A stretch of DNA of 62,000 bases from Lama guanicoe (taxonomy: Eukaryota), in assembly GCA_013239625.1 (NCBI GenBank), contig MU053933.1, forward strand, positions 186,001-248,000. Reading direction: 5' to 3'. The notes beneath the pieces are model-generated. The model did not search any database, was not told the origin of the DNA, and was given only the letters and a program-made list of their open reading frames with translations. Positions 1 to 13,801 of the stretch are shown here, piece by piece (the first letter of the stretch is position 1; the number at the start of each line of letters is the position of its first letter). The translations under genes were made by a program, and so were the position numbers.

Positions 1-59
1 AAAACAAAAAAACCCCAGAGAACTTGTAAAGAAGGGCCTGTCCTCTGTAGGCATGAGAC

Positions 60-670
60 CCAAATGTATGCTATCTGCATAGTCTATGACCCACAGAGCC
101 CTGAAATTGGCATAAAAACCACCACAGGCTGGCAGTACAGCTGAGAACCTTGCAAACACAAACTCTCTCAGGAAAACACGTCCTCAGCCCGGGCACAAAA
201 GATTCCCACAGGTAGAGCCCGCCTGAAAAATGAGCTCACAATCTGAAATTGTAAAACTCGAGGACACAATCCACCAGCAGACCCAATAAACAGAAATGAG
301 ATCCCTACGAACCTCAGGTAGTAGAATTACCAGATAAAAGCTTTAAATGGGCATGTTTAAAATGATTATAGGTGTAAAACAAGAAACGGAACACAGGTAC
401 TACTGGAAAAGAAAAGGCAGATTCAGAAGGAATAAAGCAGAACTTTTAGAAATACAAAACATAGTGAGTGAAATAAGCATTTCAATGGAGAGGTTAACTG
501 CCGATTAGACACAGGCCACTTAGCACAAGATCAGCTCCAGTCAGCAGCTAGAAGGCACCACTCTCGTTTAGAGATCAATCATGCAGAATGTAGCGCCGGG
601 AGATAAAAAGATGGAAATACCAACAGAAAGTTGAGAATTACAGGAGAAAACTCACAGGAGTTCTAGATTC
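60..670 (+). mobile_element. Degraded L1 5'/ORF1 remnant
   Basis: A-rich sequence with L1 ORF1-like motifs (GAACTTTTAGAAATACAAAAC, GATTAGACACAG); no open frame. Confidence 0.5.
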
Positions 671-1004
671 AAAAGCCACCTTCCGTGGAATGCTGTTGGC
701 ATCGTTCCCTTGCCTCCTTGCTGGTCGTTTGCTGTCTAACAGCCTGATGCCATCTGATTTAGAATCCCGCCCAACCCCCTGGAAGCTTTTAGGACCACGT
801 CTCCATCCCCATCCCGATGGTGGGCCTTCTCTAGCCGAGCTTTGCATCTTGACTTTGGGCAGGTTTGCTTCCATCCCTGTTTCTGGAACTCTTATCATCG
901 GGATGCTGGGCCTCTGGGAAGGATTCTGACCTTTTCTTTGAAGAGTTTCATTTCTCTCATCACATTGAAAAAATGTTCAATTTCTGTTATCTAAATGTTT
1001 ACTT

Positions 1005-1045
1005 ACACACACACACACACACACACACACCACACACACACACAC
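1005..1045. repeat. Interrupted (CA)n microsatellite
   Basis: Read directly from the sequence. Confidence 0.95.
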
Positions 1046-4000
1046 CCCTGTTCTGGGTTTCCATTTATTTAAAATTTTCTGTTTTGGCCTGAGGTAACTG
1101 TAAATTTTTAAGTTTTCTCCTGCTGCATATTTTGTTTTCTCTGATCATTTTCTCTGCTTGTTGGGCTGGTTGGCGGCGGTATCTTGCTTTATCTGTCCAG
1201 TGAGGGGCATTCTTTGTGTCTAGTGGGCTCACTATTTATCTTCCAGAGATGAATGAATGAGTAACAGGTGTCTGGAAGCCCTGTGTGCATGGGTGGGGCT
1301 TATCAGTGAGCAGATGGCTCTGCGGGATGATGGTGGAGGTGACCCTCACCTGCCAGGGCTGTAGATCGCTTCCTGCCTGGAGGTGCTGGGTGCCGGAGGG
1401 GCCGGGAAGGCACAGTTCTCCCTGAGAGTATGGAAAATCAACCTCATTTCCTGGCATTGAATTCCTTCCCCCCACCCCCAGATAGGCCTGGAGGCACCGG
1501 ATCCAGGCACATCTGGTTCAAATGTGTCCCACCTTGTCCCACCTCTGATGCAGAGGGGGCAGGGCGGGGAGAGGTCCGGGTCTAAGGGCTCCTGGTATGT
1601 TGAGCAGTCCTCGTGTCTGTCCATGCCCTTCAGAGTCTGCTGCCTTCACCCCTGCAGACTGATATTTTTAGTGTCAGATTCAACGCATTCGGTGGGCTTT
1701 GTTCCCAGAGGCACAAGGAGAGGCAGAGAGGCAGCAAGACGCCTGCTCTCCGGGAGCTGGCTGGCTGGTCAGCAGGGCTCTCACTGCTCGGGCCTCTCCC
1801 CACAGCCGCCCAGGAAAGACCAAGGGAGAAGGGGGTCCTGGGGCCACACAGGAGGCAGTGGCTGCCCCAGAGAGCAGCCTTCTCCCAAGTGGGGCCGCCT
1901 CCCCACCGGCTCCACTCCCCGTCCCTGCCAGGTGCCACTTCACCTGGGGCTGGTTTTTCCAGCGGCCCAGCCGGCCCGGGCAGTGACTCAGGAAGGAAGG
2001 AAGGAAGGAGACATTCTCCTCGGTTGCTTGATGACACCTCCAGGCTCTGTGCCAAGCAGCAGCATCCGACTCAGACATGTGTCATTAAAAAAAGTGCATC
2101 CTCCCCCCGCACCTTGGACCCCCACTCTCTAGGGCAGCAGCCCTCACACTCGGGGGAGCATCTTTCCGGAGCTACACACGGCTATTCGCTCATTCTTTTC
2201 CCTGCACGTATGCGTAGCTGTGACACGACCAGCAGGGTGCCTCTGCCCTGAGCCTGCTCGTCTCCTGTTGCATGGTCTTTTCGTCCTCGTCCAGCAGGCA
2301 GCTGAACACTTGTCTAAATGTGAGCTTCTCTCTTTCAGCGCAAACACTGTTACTGTAGACCGTGGCACTTGCCGTTGGCCAGGGAGACAACTCACTCCGT
2401 GCGTGATGCTTCCTCATCAGGGCCGACAGCAGCTGCCTGGGAGGCTCTGGAATGTTCTTCCCTCTCCCAGCCCGCAGAGGCGGTCACCTGAGCAAGGGGA
2501 CTGCTCCTACAAGCCCTTCCGTTTTTCGGTGGCTTGTCCCTTTCCCTCAGGTGGGCACTGCTGGAGGTCCAACTTGGCTTAGGATCATCACACCCCACTC
2601 TTCTCAGCAGGGAGTGGGGCTCTGGGCTTCCTCTTCTGGGCAGAGCTCAGGACTAGGGGTGAATTTTCTCCCCCTCCAGATGTGGTGCAGCAGCTTCACA
2701 GATCCTGGGAGCTGGGGTTCTTCCCCCACCTCTGATGCATCTAGTGAGTGGCCCCAAGACTCTCTCTCTGATCCATCTGCTGTGGCTCACAAGCCACTGG
2801 GCACGTCTCCACGGCCAGGCTGACGATGGTCCTTCCAGGACACCCCCACCTTTTTCTCAGGGTTCTGAGAAGGGCCTGGATCAGGGACCCCTCTGATTCC
2901 CGAGAAGATGCCCACCCAGCCCAGGTCCACGGGTGGTCCAGCTGCCATGTGGGCTCTCTGTAGGGGTCCCCATGTGACAACGCCTGTGGCTGTCACTCCC
3001 CAGCCCCTAGCCCACCTTTTCCAGCAGGAGCCAGTCCTTTAGGAAACTACCACCCCCATGTTCAGGGGTGAGATGGACCAGCCCCACCCAGTCTGTCGAC
3101 CAGAACGTTCTCGTTCCCTGGTCTTAGGAAGGGGCGCAGCCGGGCGGAGGAGCCACCGTATTACGTCTAAGGTGCCAGGAATGATACAATGTACTGCTAT
3201 CTAAAAGCGCCTCCAAGAGAGAAGAGGCTGCCAGCTTCCAGTGTGAGATGCCGTCAACTATTTCAAATCTGTTAAAATGTTACAGAGGGTCTAAGTTCCT
3301 CTGAATGATGTTTAATCTGGGGTTTGGGAAGGGGGAGCTATTAGGGGAAAGAAGCTCTCTGTCTACTGGGATCTTTGAGCCGAGGTGACTTAAGCTTGGA
3401 GACGTCAGGGCCGTTTTTTTGCAAGGGGCCTCCCTGCCCAGTAGTGAAACCGACACTGGGGAAAGGTGACATTGTGTGAACGCCTGGATCTAACCATTCC
3501 TGACACTGGCAGCACAATGCAGCACATTTTTCTTTGCTAGTGGGGTCTAGCACCACTGCGTGAAAGACTGCCCATCCAGTGCCTCTCCTCACTCGACAGT
3601 CACCACTGGTGCCACTGTCCCCCGACCACGATGTTGGTGCATGGACGCAACAGGCCGGAAGCTCCAGCAACTGAGAAGGTCGTGCAGGTCCTTGTGTGGT
3701 GGATCCTGACCACCCGACCTCACAGGATAATTGTAAAGGAAAGGAGGAAAAGAGGGAGGAAGGAAGGGAGGATAGGGATGGGAGGAAGAGAGACAGAGGG
3801 AGGGAGGGAGGGAATGGGGAAGAGGCGGAGGCCAAGCAGGGAGGAAAGCTTGTCCAGCGCTAAGAGTCAAAGTTTTCAAGAACCTGGCACCGAAGTGTAA
3901 GCTTAGAGGCAAGGACTCTGCCCTGAATGTCAGCTTCTGCAAACGCCCGCTTCCTTCCTGCCGCCTCAACAGGGGCCTTAATCACCCTGCCCGCCACGCC

Positions 4001-5399
4001 CACACTTCTGAAGTAAGTCACTAATGCCTAGCACAGGGAAATGCGTCCAGCAAACAGAGGCCCCGGAGAACTGGGATCAGGTCCTGTGACCCGGAAGAAG
4101 ATGGAGACCCTTGGCTCACACACAGTGGGGAGTGGAGCGGTCAAGGGGTAAACCAGTTGTCTGCTAGGGAGCCCTCAGGCGCACAGGTGCGTGTGCCAGC
4201 GGCTGTCACGGGAGAGCACCGGGAGCCGGCTGGCCACCGCCTCTGTCCAGCGGGGACTCAGAAGGAACCTGCACCAGGCCCGCGATGCCCTGAGATCGGT
4301 AGGACATGGAGTCGCGAAACCATGGAAACAGGAGGAATGCACCGTTCATGGTCAGGTGTCCAACCTCTCTGCTCCCAGAGCATGGCAGCAGGTATGTCTG
4401 TAAGGGTGACGTGGTCACAGTAATCAAGTCAGGAGGCACCTGAGCCCAGGGGACCATGTCTCTGAGGCTGCGCTTGAGACCTCTGCTGGGCAGCTCCTGC
4501 CCTGGATATCCTGGTAACAAGGGGACATTCGGTGCCAAGCTGCCCCGGTTCTGACCTCCTCCCCCGGCTGCTGTGAGCGGGGTCATGTGGGCACCTGGAC
4601 GTCGCTGCTGGAAGCATTGCCTTGCTCCTCCATCTGCCCCAGCAACCCCTGGAAGAACCACTTCTCTTCCAGAACCTTCCATCTCCACAGCTCGGAGCTA
4701 TTCAGAAAAGGCTGGCATGCCTCTCTGACGTTACCCAGGGCCTATCTGGCCGTGTCCTAAGGGGCCCTCAGCCCCAGAGCAACAGCAGAGCAAATGAAGT
4801 TCAAGTCTCACTTTTGTTTCCTCCTAGGAACAAAGAGGCATTTTTTCCCTAAAGCAGAATGTCTAAGAGAAAAGTTCACACAGTCCTCAAACCAGAAGAT
4901 GCTCCTGAATGAAAAAGCATGGTATAAGAATCAGAGAAAAAAGGGGGGGAAGCCTGAAGTTCCTGGGAAGTGAAGAAGGAAAAGTGTAATGTTCAACTCT
5001 CCAGACAGAAAGGAAAATGATGAAGGTATGCACTAGAAAATGAAACTTGAGCTGAATGGCAGAGGCTTAGGACATAAAAGTTCCCAGGTCTTGATTCCTG
5101 GCAAAAAAGGCTTTTTAAAAGAACCCTCATCCCACAGGCCGGGCAGCTCAGAGGGTGTGCGGCTGGGCACAGGCAGAAAGGCGGCTGCTGGCTTGGGCTG
5201 CGTGAAGGGATAGACACTGAGGGGGCAGCCGGAGCAGCGAGATTTATTCCGCACGTGGGGATGGGACATAGGGGCACCTACACTGAGGACGATGGGGCCG
5301 ACCTCCGCATCGTCAGAGGATGCAGACACAACGTGGACGAGCTGGAGTGAGCCCTGGGGTGTTGGACCATAATTGGAGGGACTAACGTGAAATCATGGT

Positions 5400-6720
5400 T
5401 CTCAGTGAGACGGAGATACGTGCGTGTATATATGTGTAAGTCACACACACACTTTCCCCAGGTCCGTCTCCTGAGGGACTAGAGGCAGCGACACTCCAGA
5501 ACAATGAGCACATCTAATGCCCAGACCTTGGCTTCTAAGTATCGTTTTTCACTAAAGGAAACTGGAGAAAAGGCGCTTCTGAGGCTGGGGTGAAGGGAGT
5601 ACAAGATGAGGCTGGACCATCTCATTGTTTCGGAAAAGAAGTGCTCAAAGGAGGATGGGGATGTGTCCAAGGGCACAAGAGCCAGTGTGAACTGGCCAAT
5701 CAGGGATAATTTGAACATCAAAATAACTGATAATGAAGCAGAATCCATTGACCAAATAGGGATCCATGACCACAAACTGACAACTGAAAAATTAAAAGGT
5801 GAGCTGTACTTTGTGCACAATGCCATGTCTGTAGTGTTTCTGCCAAAAATGCTTAACCTACATCAAATCCGGAGAATTAAGACAAACCTAAACTGAGGGC
5901 AGCTACAAAACAACTGGCTGTCTGTCCTGGAAGGTCATGAATGACAAGAGGAAGGAAGCAGGGCTGCAGCCTGAGGAGTCAGGACCACTAAACACAGCAC
6001 AGTCCTGGGCCGGGGAGGGAACGGGGGAGGCCCGGCGCTGCTGTGAGTTGGCTGTTTTTAATCTAAAGCACACTTTTGGGATAATCAGTAAATCCTTGAA
6101 AAGGATTTGTAGAAGAGATGATAGAATTGTATCAACATTAATTTCCTGATTTTGATGGATACACTGTGGCTACATAGGAGACACTCCTTGTTTTTAGGGA
6201 ATACGTTGAAGTATCTAAGGGTCACAGGGCACACTGTCTACAACCTACTCAGATGGATGTTTGGCAGATGGATAGGGGATGGGGGTGGATGGATGGATAG
6301 ACAAATGGATGAAAAACGGGATGAGAGGGATAGCTGGATCACGGGATAGAGGAATAGATGGATGGACAGATGGATGACAAACGGGATGGAGGGATGGATG
6401 GGTGGGGAAGGTATGAGTGGGGGAGACGGATGGAGTGGGTTGGGGGATGGATGGATGGGTGGGTTGGGGGGATATGTAGATGAATGGGGGGTTGGGGTGG
6501 ACAGATGGATGGGGTAGATGAGGGGGTGAATGGGTGCGTTGTGGGGATGTGCGCTGGGGAGATGGATGTTGGGTAGAACAGAAAGAAAAGGCAACGATCA
6601 GGCAAATGAGATAAAATGTAAATGAACGGGGAGTCCACGAAGGGCACACCGGAGTTCTACCCACTATTCTTACCACTTTTCTATAATTGAAAATTATTTC
6701 AAAATGTAAGTTAAATGAAA
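5400..6720 (+). mobile_element. Ancient L1MC/L1ME-type 3' remnant containing a (GGAT)n tract
   Basis: TTTCTGCCAAAAATGCTTAACCT...TGTATCAACATTAATTTCCTGATTTTGAT...CACTATTCTTACCACTTTTCT. Confidence 0.55.
6252..6575. repeat. Degenerate (GGAT)n/(GGGT)n simple repeat
   Basis: Visible GGATGGAT iterations. Confidence 0.9.
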
Positions 6721-7044
6721 ATAAGGATCATAAACACCTAAAAAGAAATTTAAAAGACGCTGTTTTGGGGGGGGCTGCTTCCACCGAGACTAGATCACTT
6801 CCCTGCGGGTTCACACGTGTGGAAGGGCCCGTTCTAAGGAGGCAGGAAGCCCGGGTCCACCCGTCCACCTCCTCTGGCCCCAGATCACGGTTAGTTCTGG
6901 GCACACGCACTGCCCTGCTGAAGGGCGGCTCCAACACCATATGTGAATGCTTCAAACTCTGGCTTCCAGAAATCAGATTATGCGACCTCATCTATATGAA
7001 AATGTAGTCTCACCATCTTCCAAAAAGTAGGAAGAGAACTTAGC

Positions 7045-7050
7045 TTTATT
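7045..7050 (-). terminator. RIPK4: Probable RIPK4 polyadenylation signal (3' UTR about 7030-8305)
   Basis: TTTATT on + equals AATAAA on -, about 1.25 kb after the stop codon, at the end of a U-rich UTR segment. Confidence 0.75.
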
Positions 7051-8305
7051 GACATCAAACAGAACTTTTTCCTTCCACATGTTCTACAAGTAACAGTAGC
7101 GTAACATATTAAAAGCACAGGCGTATTAAAACATAGCCAGTTCTAAGCAGCCTGGATGTCTCCTGTCATAGACAAGACGTATCCTGCCCACAGACTCACG
7201 TTAACATACACGGTACATTAACATCAATCTCTGTTTCACACAGCAGGCCACGGGCGGGTCTGCCTGCGGGCCGGGTCCTGCCGCAAACTGGCTCCCACAA
7301 CGAAGGAGCAGGGCTTCCATGTCCCAGGCTGTAAGGTTGCTTCCTAGAGCCGACTCAGGGGTCACATCCCAAAAGCTGAGGCCCCTGTGCAGTGTAGTGT
7401 TTGTAAAGTGGGTCAGAAACCCCCTGAGAGATCCCAGAACAGCATCGCCCAGAACAAGCCACCGCCTTACCAAAAATGAGAGCTGGGAAGAAAAAGACAG
7501 GAGCGGCGGCTGGGGCTCTGACCAGACAACACTGCTCTGGGTCCCAGGCGGGGCGGAAGTGGACGCTCCACGACGTGTGCACACTTGACTCCTAAGAGTT
7601 CAAAGGTTTTCTGCAACAGCATCCAAACAAGGGCAGGCAGCGCTGTCGGCTACTTGTGTGCAGACACCCCCGAGGACTGGCGGATGGACAAACTGGGACA
7701 TAAAAGAGCTGGTGACGAGACTGGTTTTGTGTTTTAAAAACCAGCTGATCACTTGACACTCACTTCTCACCGACTGGACTACCCAGCGACGGGAACGTTT
7801 TGAAACAGGTCGAAAGCAGCAGCTGGCCCTGCTCCCCTGTTAAAGATATTCTACGAAACAAGAATCCCACAAAAACTTTCTGAACAGGCTTCTTTGCCCG
7901 CCGCTGCAGATGGAGATACGGGACTCGGCTCCTCCCGCACCCGCCTCCCCGACAGTGCGCTCTGAGCAGTCGCAGGTGGCCCCGCTCAAGAAGGGCGGAC
8001 TTGTGGCTCTGTCACCGAGCGACCGGCATCAGACAGAGGAGTGTGATGAAATGCCTGCGACCCAGCGTCCCTCTGACACTGGGCACACTGATGGGTGGGC
8101 AGCCAGGTGCACCCGGACCAACTTCAACTGGAGCATGACGCCCAAGCCCATGCGGGTGCCAAGCAAGAGTCAGCAGCCACCTGCCACTCGACGGTCCACT
8201 CAGTCGTGTCCCCCAGGCTACCCGTGCAGTGTCACTCTGTCCCTGCAGCAGAACACGATGCTGGGACAGGAAACCCACAGGGGCCCCATCTCCGGGGGCA
8301 GCAGG

Positions 8306-9586
<1,281 letters not shown>

Positions 9587-11165
9587 TTAAGATCTACTGG
9601 GGAGATCCTGGGCAGGCCAATCAAAGTCCTCAAGGTGCTCTTTTGTCAATTTGCAAGATAAAACTCATTCTAGCCATCCCGCAGGGTTGTGATTAAAGGA
9701 TGTATAACTCAGGCCCTTAATGCTGTTCAGAAATGGCAGTGACGGCTAACAGGGAGGGAGGGCGGGCGGGCAGGCGCACAGGCAGGGCAGGAGCCCCCCA
9801 CTCACCAGAGGGCTGGCAGCTCCCACCCCGGGGCACCCCTCCAGAGCCCACAGCCTGCTCCCCGCCCAACCTCCAAACAATGCCACTTGTTTCAGCAACA
9901 TCACGAAGGCGTGTTTTCTGGAATAACCCTCGAAGGACTGAGCCTCCCATTTCATGATGGAAAGGTTTGATTTAACATAAAAGATCCCACAACCTTGTCT
10001 GGGTGCTTATTTGCATGAAACAAGATGCCGTTCCATGAAACATTCTCAAGGGGCCTTGCATTAGAGGGGTCGGCGGGGGTGCACTGAGGAAATGGGAGTC
10101 ACCCCATCTGGACTTGGGGTTCTCACACTGGCTGCTGAGTTGGGTTGTGACTGATACGCTCTAAGCACGAAGACAACATGTCACTGAGGGTATCAGGCCC
10201 TGAGACGAAGTTCTACACTCTTCTCCACAGGGGAGACGGTACTTCTTTCTTTTCATCCTCCTCGCTGGTTGCTTACCGCCAGTCCAGCTGGGCCTTCTCT
10301 ACCTGTGTCTTTGCAAGGTGTTCCCTCAACCTGAAGTGCCCTCTTTCATCCCAAACCCTCCACTCCAAAATCCCAGGAGGCCCATGGCATCTAGCAGAAA
10401 TCCTCGTTCCAGGGGGAATCCCCTGATCCCCCAGAAAATACAACTCCTCTTCCTCCTGGCGGCCGCGGTCTTCCCGCGACCCGCTGGCCGCCCCTGCGCT
10501 GCGGCCCTGGGGGCACACATCCCGTTCTCTTCCTGGAAAGGAGACCTCCCTTCCCGCCCTCGCAGGGGCAGTGAGGGAGCGACAGTTCCCACACCTCAGG
10601 ACCAGTGCCTGGAGCGGGGCAGGGAGAGGCACCTTCAGAAAATAAAACCCAAACTGTATAACAGGACCAGGGAGTTGCAGCCTCCAAGGATGACTCTCCC
10701 ACCATCATGCAGGGCTCCAGTCATCGGGGAGCCCGGGAGTAAGAAAGTGGGCATTTACCTAGCACTGCCTGAGAAAGGGGCGACAGGGCTGACATCAGAA
10801 GACAAAGAGGTCTCCAGGGTGTGGGGTTGGATACAGCCACTGGCTCCCTCGATGCAACCCAGATTCTTCAACCTATAGACCTGAGGTCAGCCCCTGCACT
10901 GGGTGTTGCCACAGGTAAGACCCTTCTGCACAGCCAGGGGGTGTGGCCTGTTCCCTGTATACTTAAGTGACACCTGCCTGCTGGCAAGCATCTCTGGGCT
11001 TGCACTGACACCCAAAACCAATGAGGGAAGGGATGGAGAAAACAAGGAAGAACTGTTGTCGGGTCAAGAAACCGGATGCCTGATCCTTAACAGTCACACG
11101 CTCTGCCCGGTCCCCAGCCCCATAATTAAGCTTGTTATTTCCCAGGGGAAGGGTCCTCTGCTCAC

Positions 11166-11427
11166 CGCCCGTGGAAGGCTCCCGCTCGAAAGACAAGGAC
11201 AGCGATCCCCTTGAGGAGAAGGCAGAATCGACCGAGGACACCCCCGAGAGCCTCTTGCCGCTGCTCGCTGAAGGAAGTCTGGATTCGGAGGAGCTGCGGC
11301 TGAGCTCTTCCGGGCCCTCGAGGGTCTGGGAGATGCCCGAGTCCAGCTGGGACAGCAGCTCGGAAAGGCTGCAGTCGTTGTCGAAGGGCGGGGCGGAGGC
11401 ACGCTTGGGCGGGGCGGGCACGGGCGC
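11166..11427 (-). CDS. RIPK4: RIPK4 coding exon 7 (Ser-rich intermediate domain)
   Basis: [31 protein letters not shown]...[25 protein letters not shown]; acceptor TTGCAG, donor G|GTGAGC; 262 nt. Confidence 0.97.
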
Positions 11428-12779
11428 CTGCAAGAGGAGCAGAGGCTGGGCGTGAGGCTTCTTCCAGGGCCCCAACGGGGGTGCAGAGGATGGCGGGGAA
11501 ACCCGAGGGCCCCCCGCCAGCCACACTGGGAATTTAACTCCTGTTACCATATGCGTGGCTCCGGGAGCCAGGGACCCCAAGCTGTGTCCACCCAATGGGG
11601 GAACTTATAAGACAGTGACAAAAATGGGACGCTCTGCATCATGCTGCTGGCGAGGCCCACAGTGTCATCAGACAAAACCTGAAAAAGCTGCCAAGTGATG
11701 AAACCTGAGTGCTGGCTGGGGCCGCCAAGGACAGGTCAGCGCTGGTAGGAAATGAAAGAAATGAACTGCGTCCCCGACAACCTGCGACTCTCCTTTGAAC
11801 CCTGTGAGTCTGGCTTGGGGGTTGCTTGTGGGCCAGGGTTGGGGTGGGGGCCCAGCTGCGGGGCCAGCATGGAGCTCCAACCCAGTGCGTCCTAACGGGC
11901 CCTGTTAAAGGCTCTCTCCTAACAGGCTGCGGGGAAGGCAGACCTCTGGTGAGGGATTAGAATCTGAGTGTGGCTCATGACTCTTCCCTACTTCTGCCCA
12001 CTTGTGCCCACATCTTCCCCTTCTTGGGAACTGCGGATCTGCTCCCGCTGGGTGGCCTGGTGCCGAATCACACCCACTCACTGGCCCCTCCCTTCCTCAT
12101 CTGGGGCCAGGTCCCCTCCTCCCGCCCCTTTGCCCTCCGACCTCATGCACACTCCCCTTCGTGCTCAGCAAGCGGACACACCATAAACGATTAGCTCTCT
12201 CCCAGGTGTAAGGCCAGATGACACTTTTTAAAGTTAGTTTATCAGGCTCCATTTTACAAGTTTTATTACCTGGGAGGTATTTTATTACCTGGGAGCATAA
12301 TTAGAATTTCTTATCACACTTCACGTGACCCGCATTGCACTTATAGAGCAAAACATTCACGAGCAGTTAGGAGGCGGCCAGATCTCCAACCTTGAGGCGT
12401 GAAGACACCCAGGCCCCCCCCGAGCCTGGCCCAGCGGGGCGTTTGGCTCCCCTGGTTCACAGAGCATCCAGCCAGCGGCACTTAATATCAAGCACGGGCC
12501 CCACTGCTCTTTTGAAACCACAGACAGGAGGTGGGACGACAGGTCGCAGTTGGGCAGGAGGCCGATCAGCAGCCAGCGTGCCCTGGACCCGCCCCCTGCC
12601 CTGAGACAGGGCCCCGCAGCCGGCTCACCCAGGCAGCAAGCACGAGGCCGGCCGGCCCGGGATGGGGCTCAGAGGCAGACAGGGGCGAGCGGGCCAGACG
12701 GGCAGGAGCGCTTGCAGAGAGAAGAGACTCGAGCCCTGAAGCCGATGCTGCAGAGACCAGGCCCCGTGAAGCCCCTCAC

Positions 12780-12883
12780 CTCGCCTGCGGGCTCCGGCGC
12801 GTTTCTCACGTCTGGGTCTTGGGCTGTCTCTTTTACCTCATCGTCGGATTTTTCACACAGGTCCTCAGTTTCAGAAGTAATTT
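12780..12883 (-). CDS. RIPK4: RIPK4 coding exon 6
   Basis: [35 protein letters not shown], translated by hand because it is absent from the ORF track; acceptor CCCCAAAAG, donor GAG|GTGAGG; 104 nt; phase-consistent. Confidence 0.95.
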
Positions 12884-13642
12884 CTTTTGGGGAGAAAACA
12901 CAAAAGGGTGTATCACCTGGACGAGGACTTCCACGAACTCTCTATTTAAACGTGCGACCTCGGCCGAGGACAGAGAGGCAGCACCAGAGGCGCCCAGTCT
13001 CCTGCCGGGTCAGCACTGCAGCCCCCCACGCTGCCAGCCCCACCTGAGCTCACAGCAAACCCCCGGGGCCTCTACCTGGGCCGAAGCAGGGCCCCCCATC
13101 CAGCAACAACATGCAGGGTCTGGCCAGACTCCAAGGAAGAACCACTATGTTCCTGTTTCCCAAAGCAGCTTTCCTCCGGGGAGTCCCATTGGTCACAGCC
13201 ATCAGAGTGGCAGCTGGATAGCCTGGGCCGCCAGCATCTAATGCGGGGCCCCCACCTCGTCCACACTGTTTTCCCCGCAAGCTTCAAAGGCAGGGATCAA
13301 TTTCAGCCACGTCAGGAGCACTTTGCTAACCAAACAGTACATGTGCCCCAAGAGAAACACAAAGAAAGCCTCAGGCCAGTGGTCACGTCATCCCTAAAAA
13401 AATGCATTGTTGCACCTGGACCGGAAACACCAAGTACAGGTCCTAGGGGTGGCAGGCGATGCCGGGGTGGACAGCTGGAGCTGACCACAGGCAGGTGCCA
13501 CAGGTGAGCACCACCTGTTGGTGCCTGGCTCACCTTGGTGCCTGTCTCCAGACAGCCTCCCCAGTCCTGGCCATCAGCTCTGTCACCTGGGGCAGCAGCA
13601 GGACAGCCAAGCAGCACTGTTCCAGGGGCCCCGGGTGCTCAC

Positions 13643-13801
13643 CTTGGAAGCTGGGCCGCTCGCGGGGGTCCCCGTGCCAGCACCGCTGCATGAGGCGCAG
13701 GAGGCTCCGGCAGGCGCGCGGCCTGGGTCTGCAGATGGGCGGCAGCTCCGGGCGGTGGCCCTTCACCACCTTCACCATAATGTGCAGGATGTTTTTCTCA
13801 T
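13643..13801 (-). CDS. RIPK4: RIPK4 coding exon 5 (kinase C-lobe)
   Basis: [53 protein letters not shown]; acceptor TTTGCAG, donor G|GTGAGC; 159 nt. Confidence 0.98.

Noticed and set aside
1524..2251. Overlapping ORFs of about 200 aa downstream of RIPK4
   Set aside because: Open in several frames on both strands as expected from high GC content; no motif and no convincing splice structure
6238..6676. Pro/His/Ser-rich ORFs
   Set aside because: Translations of the (GGAT)n repeat
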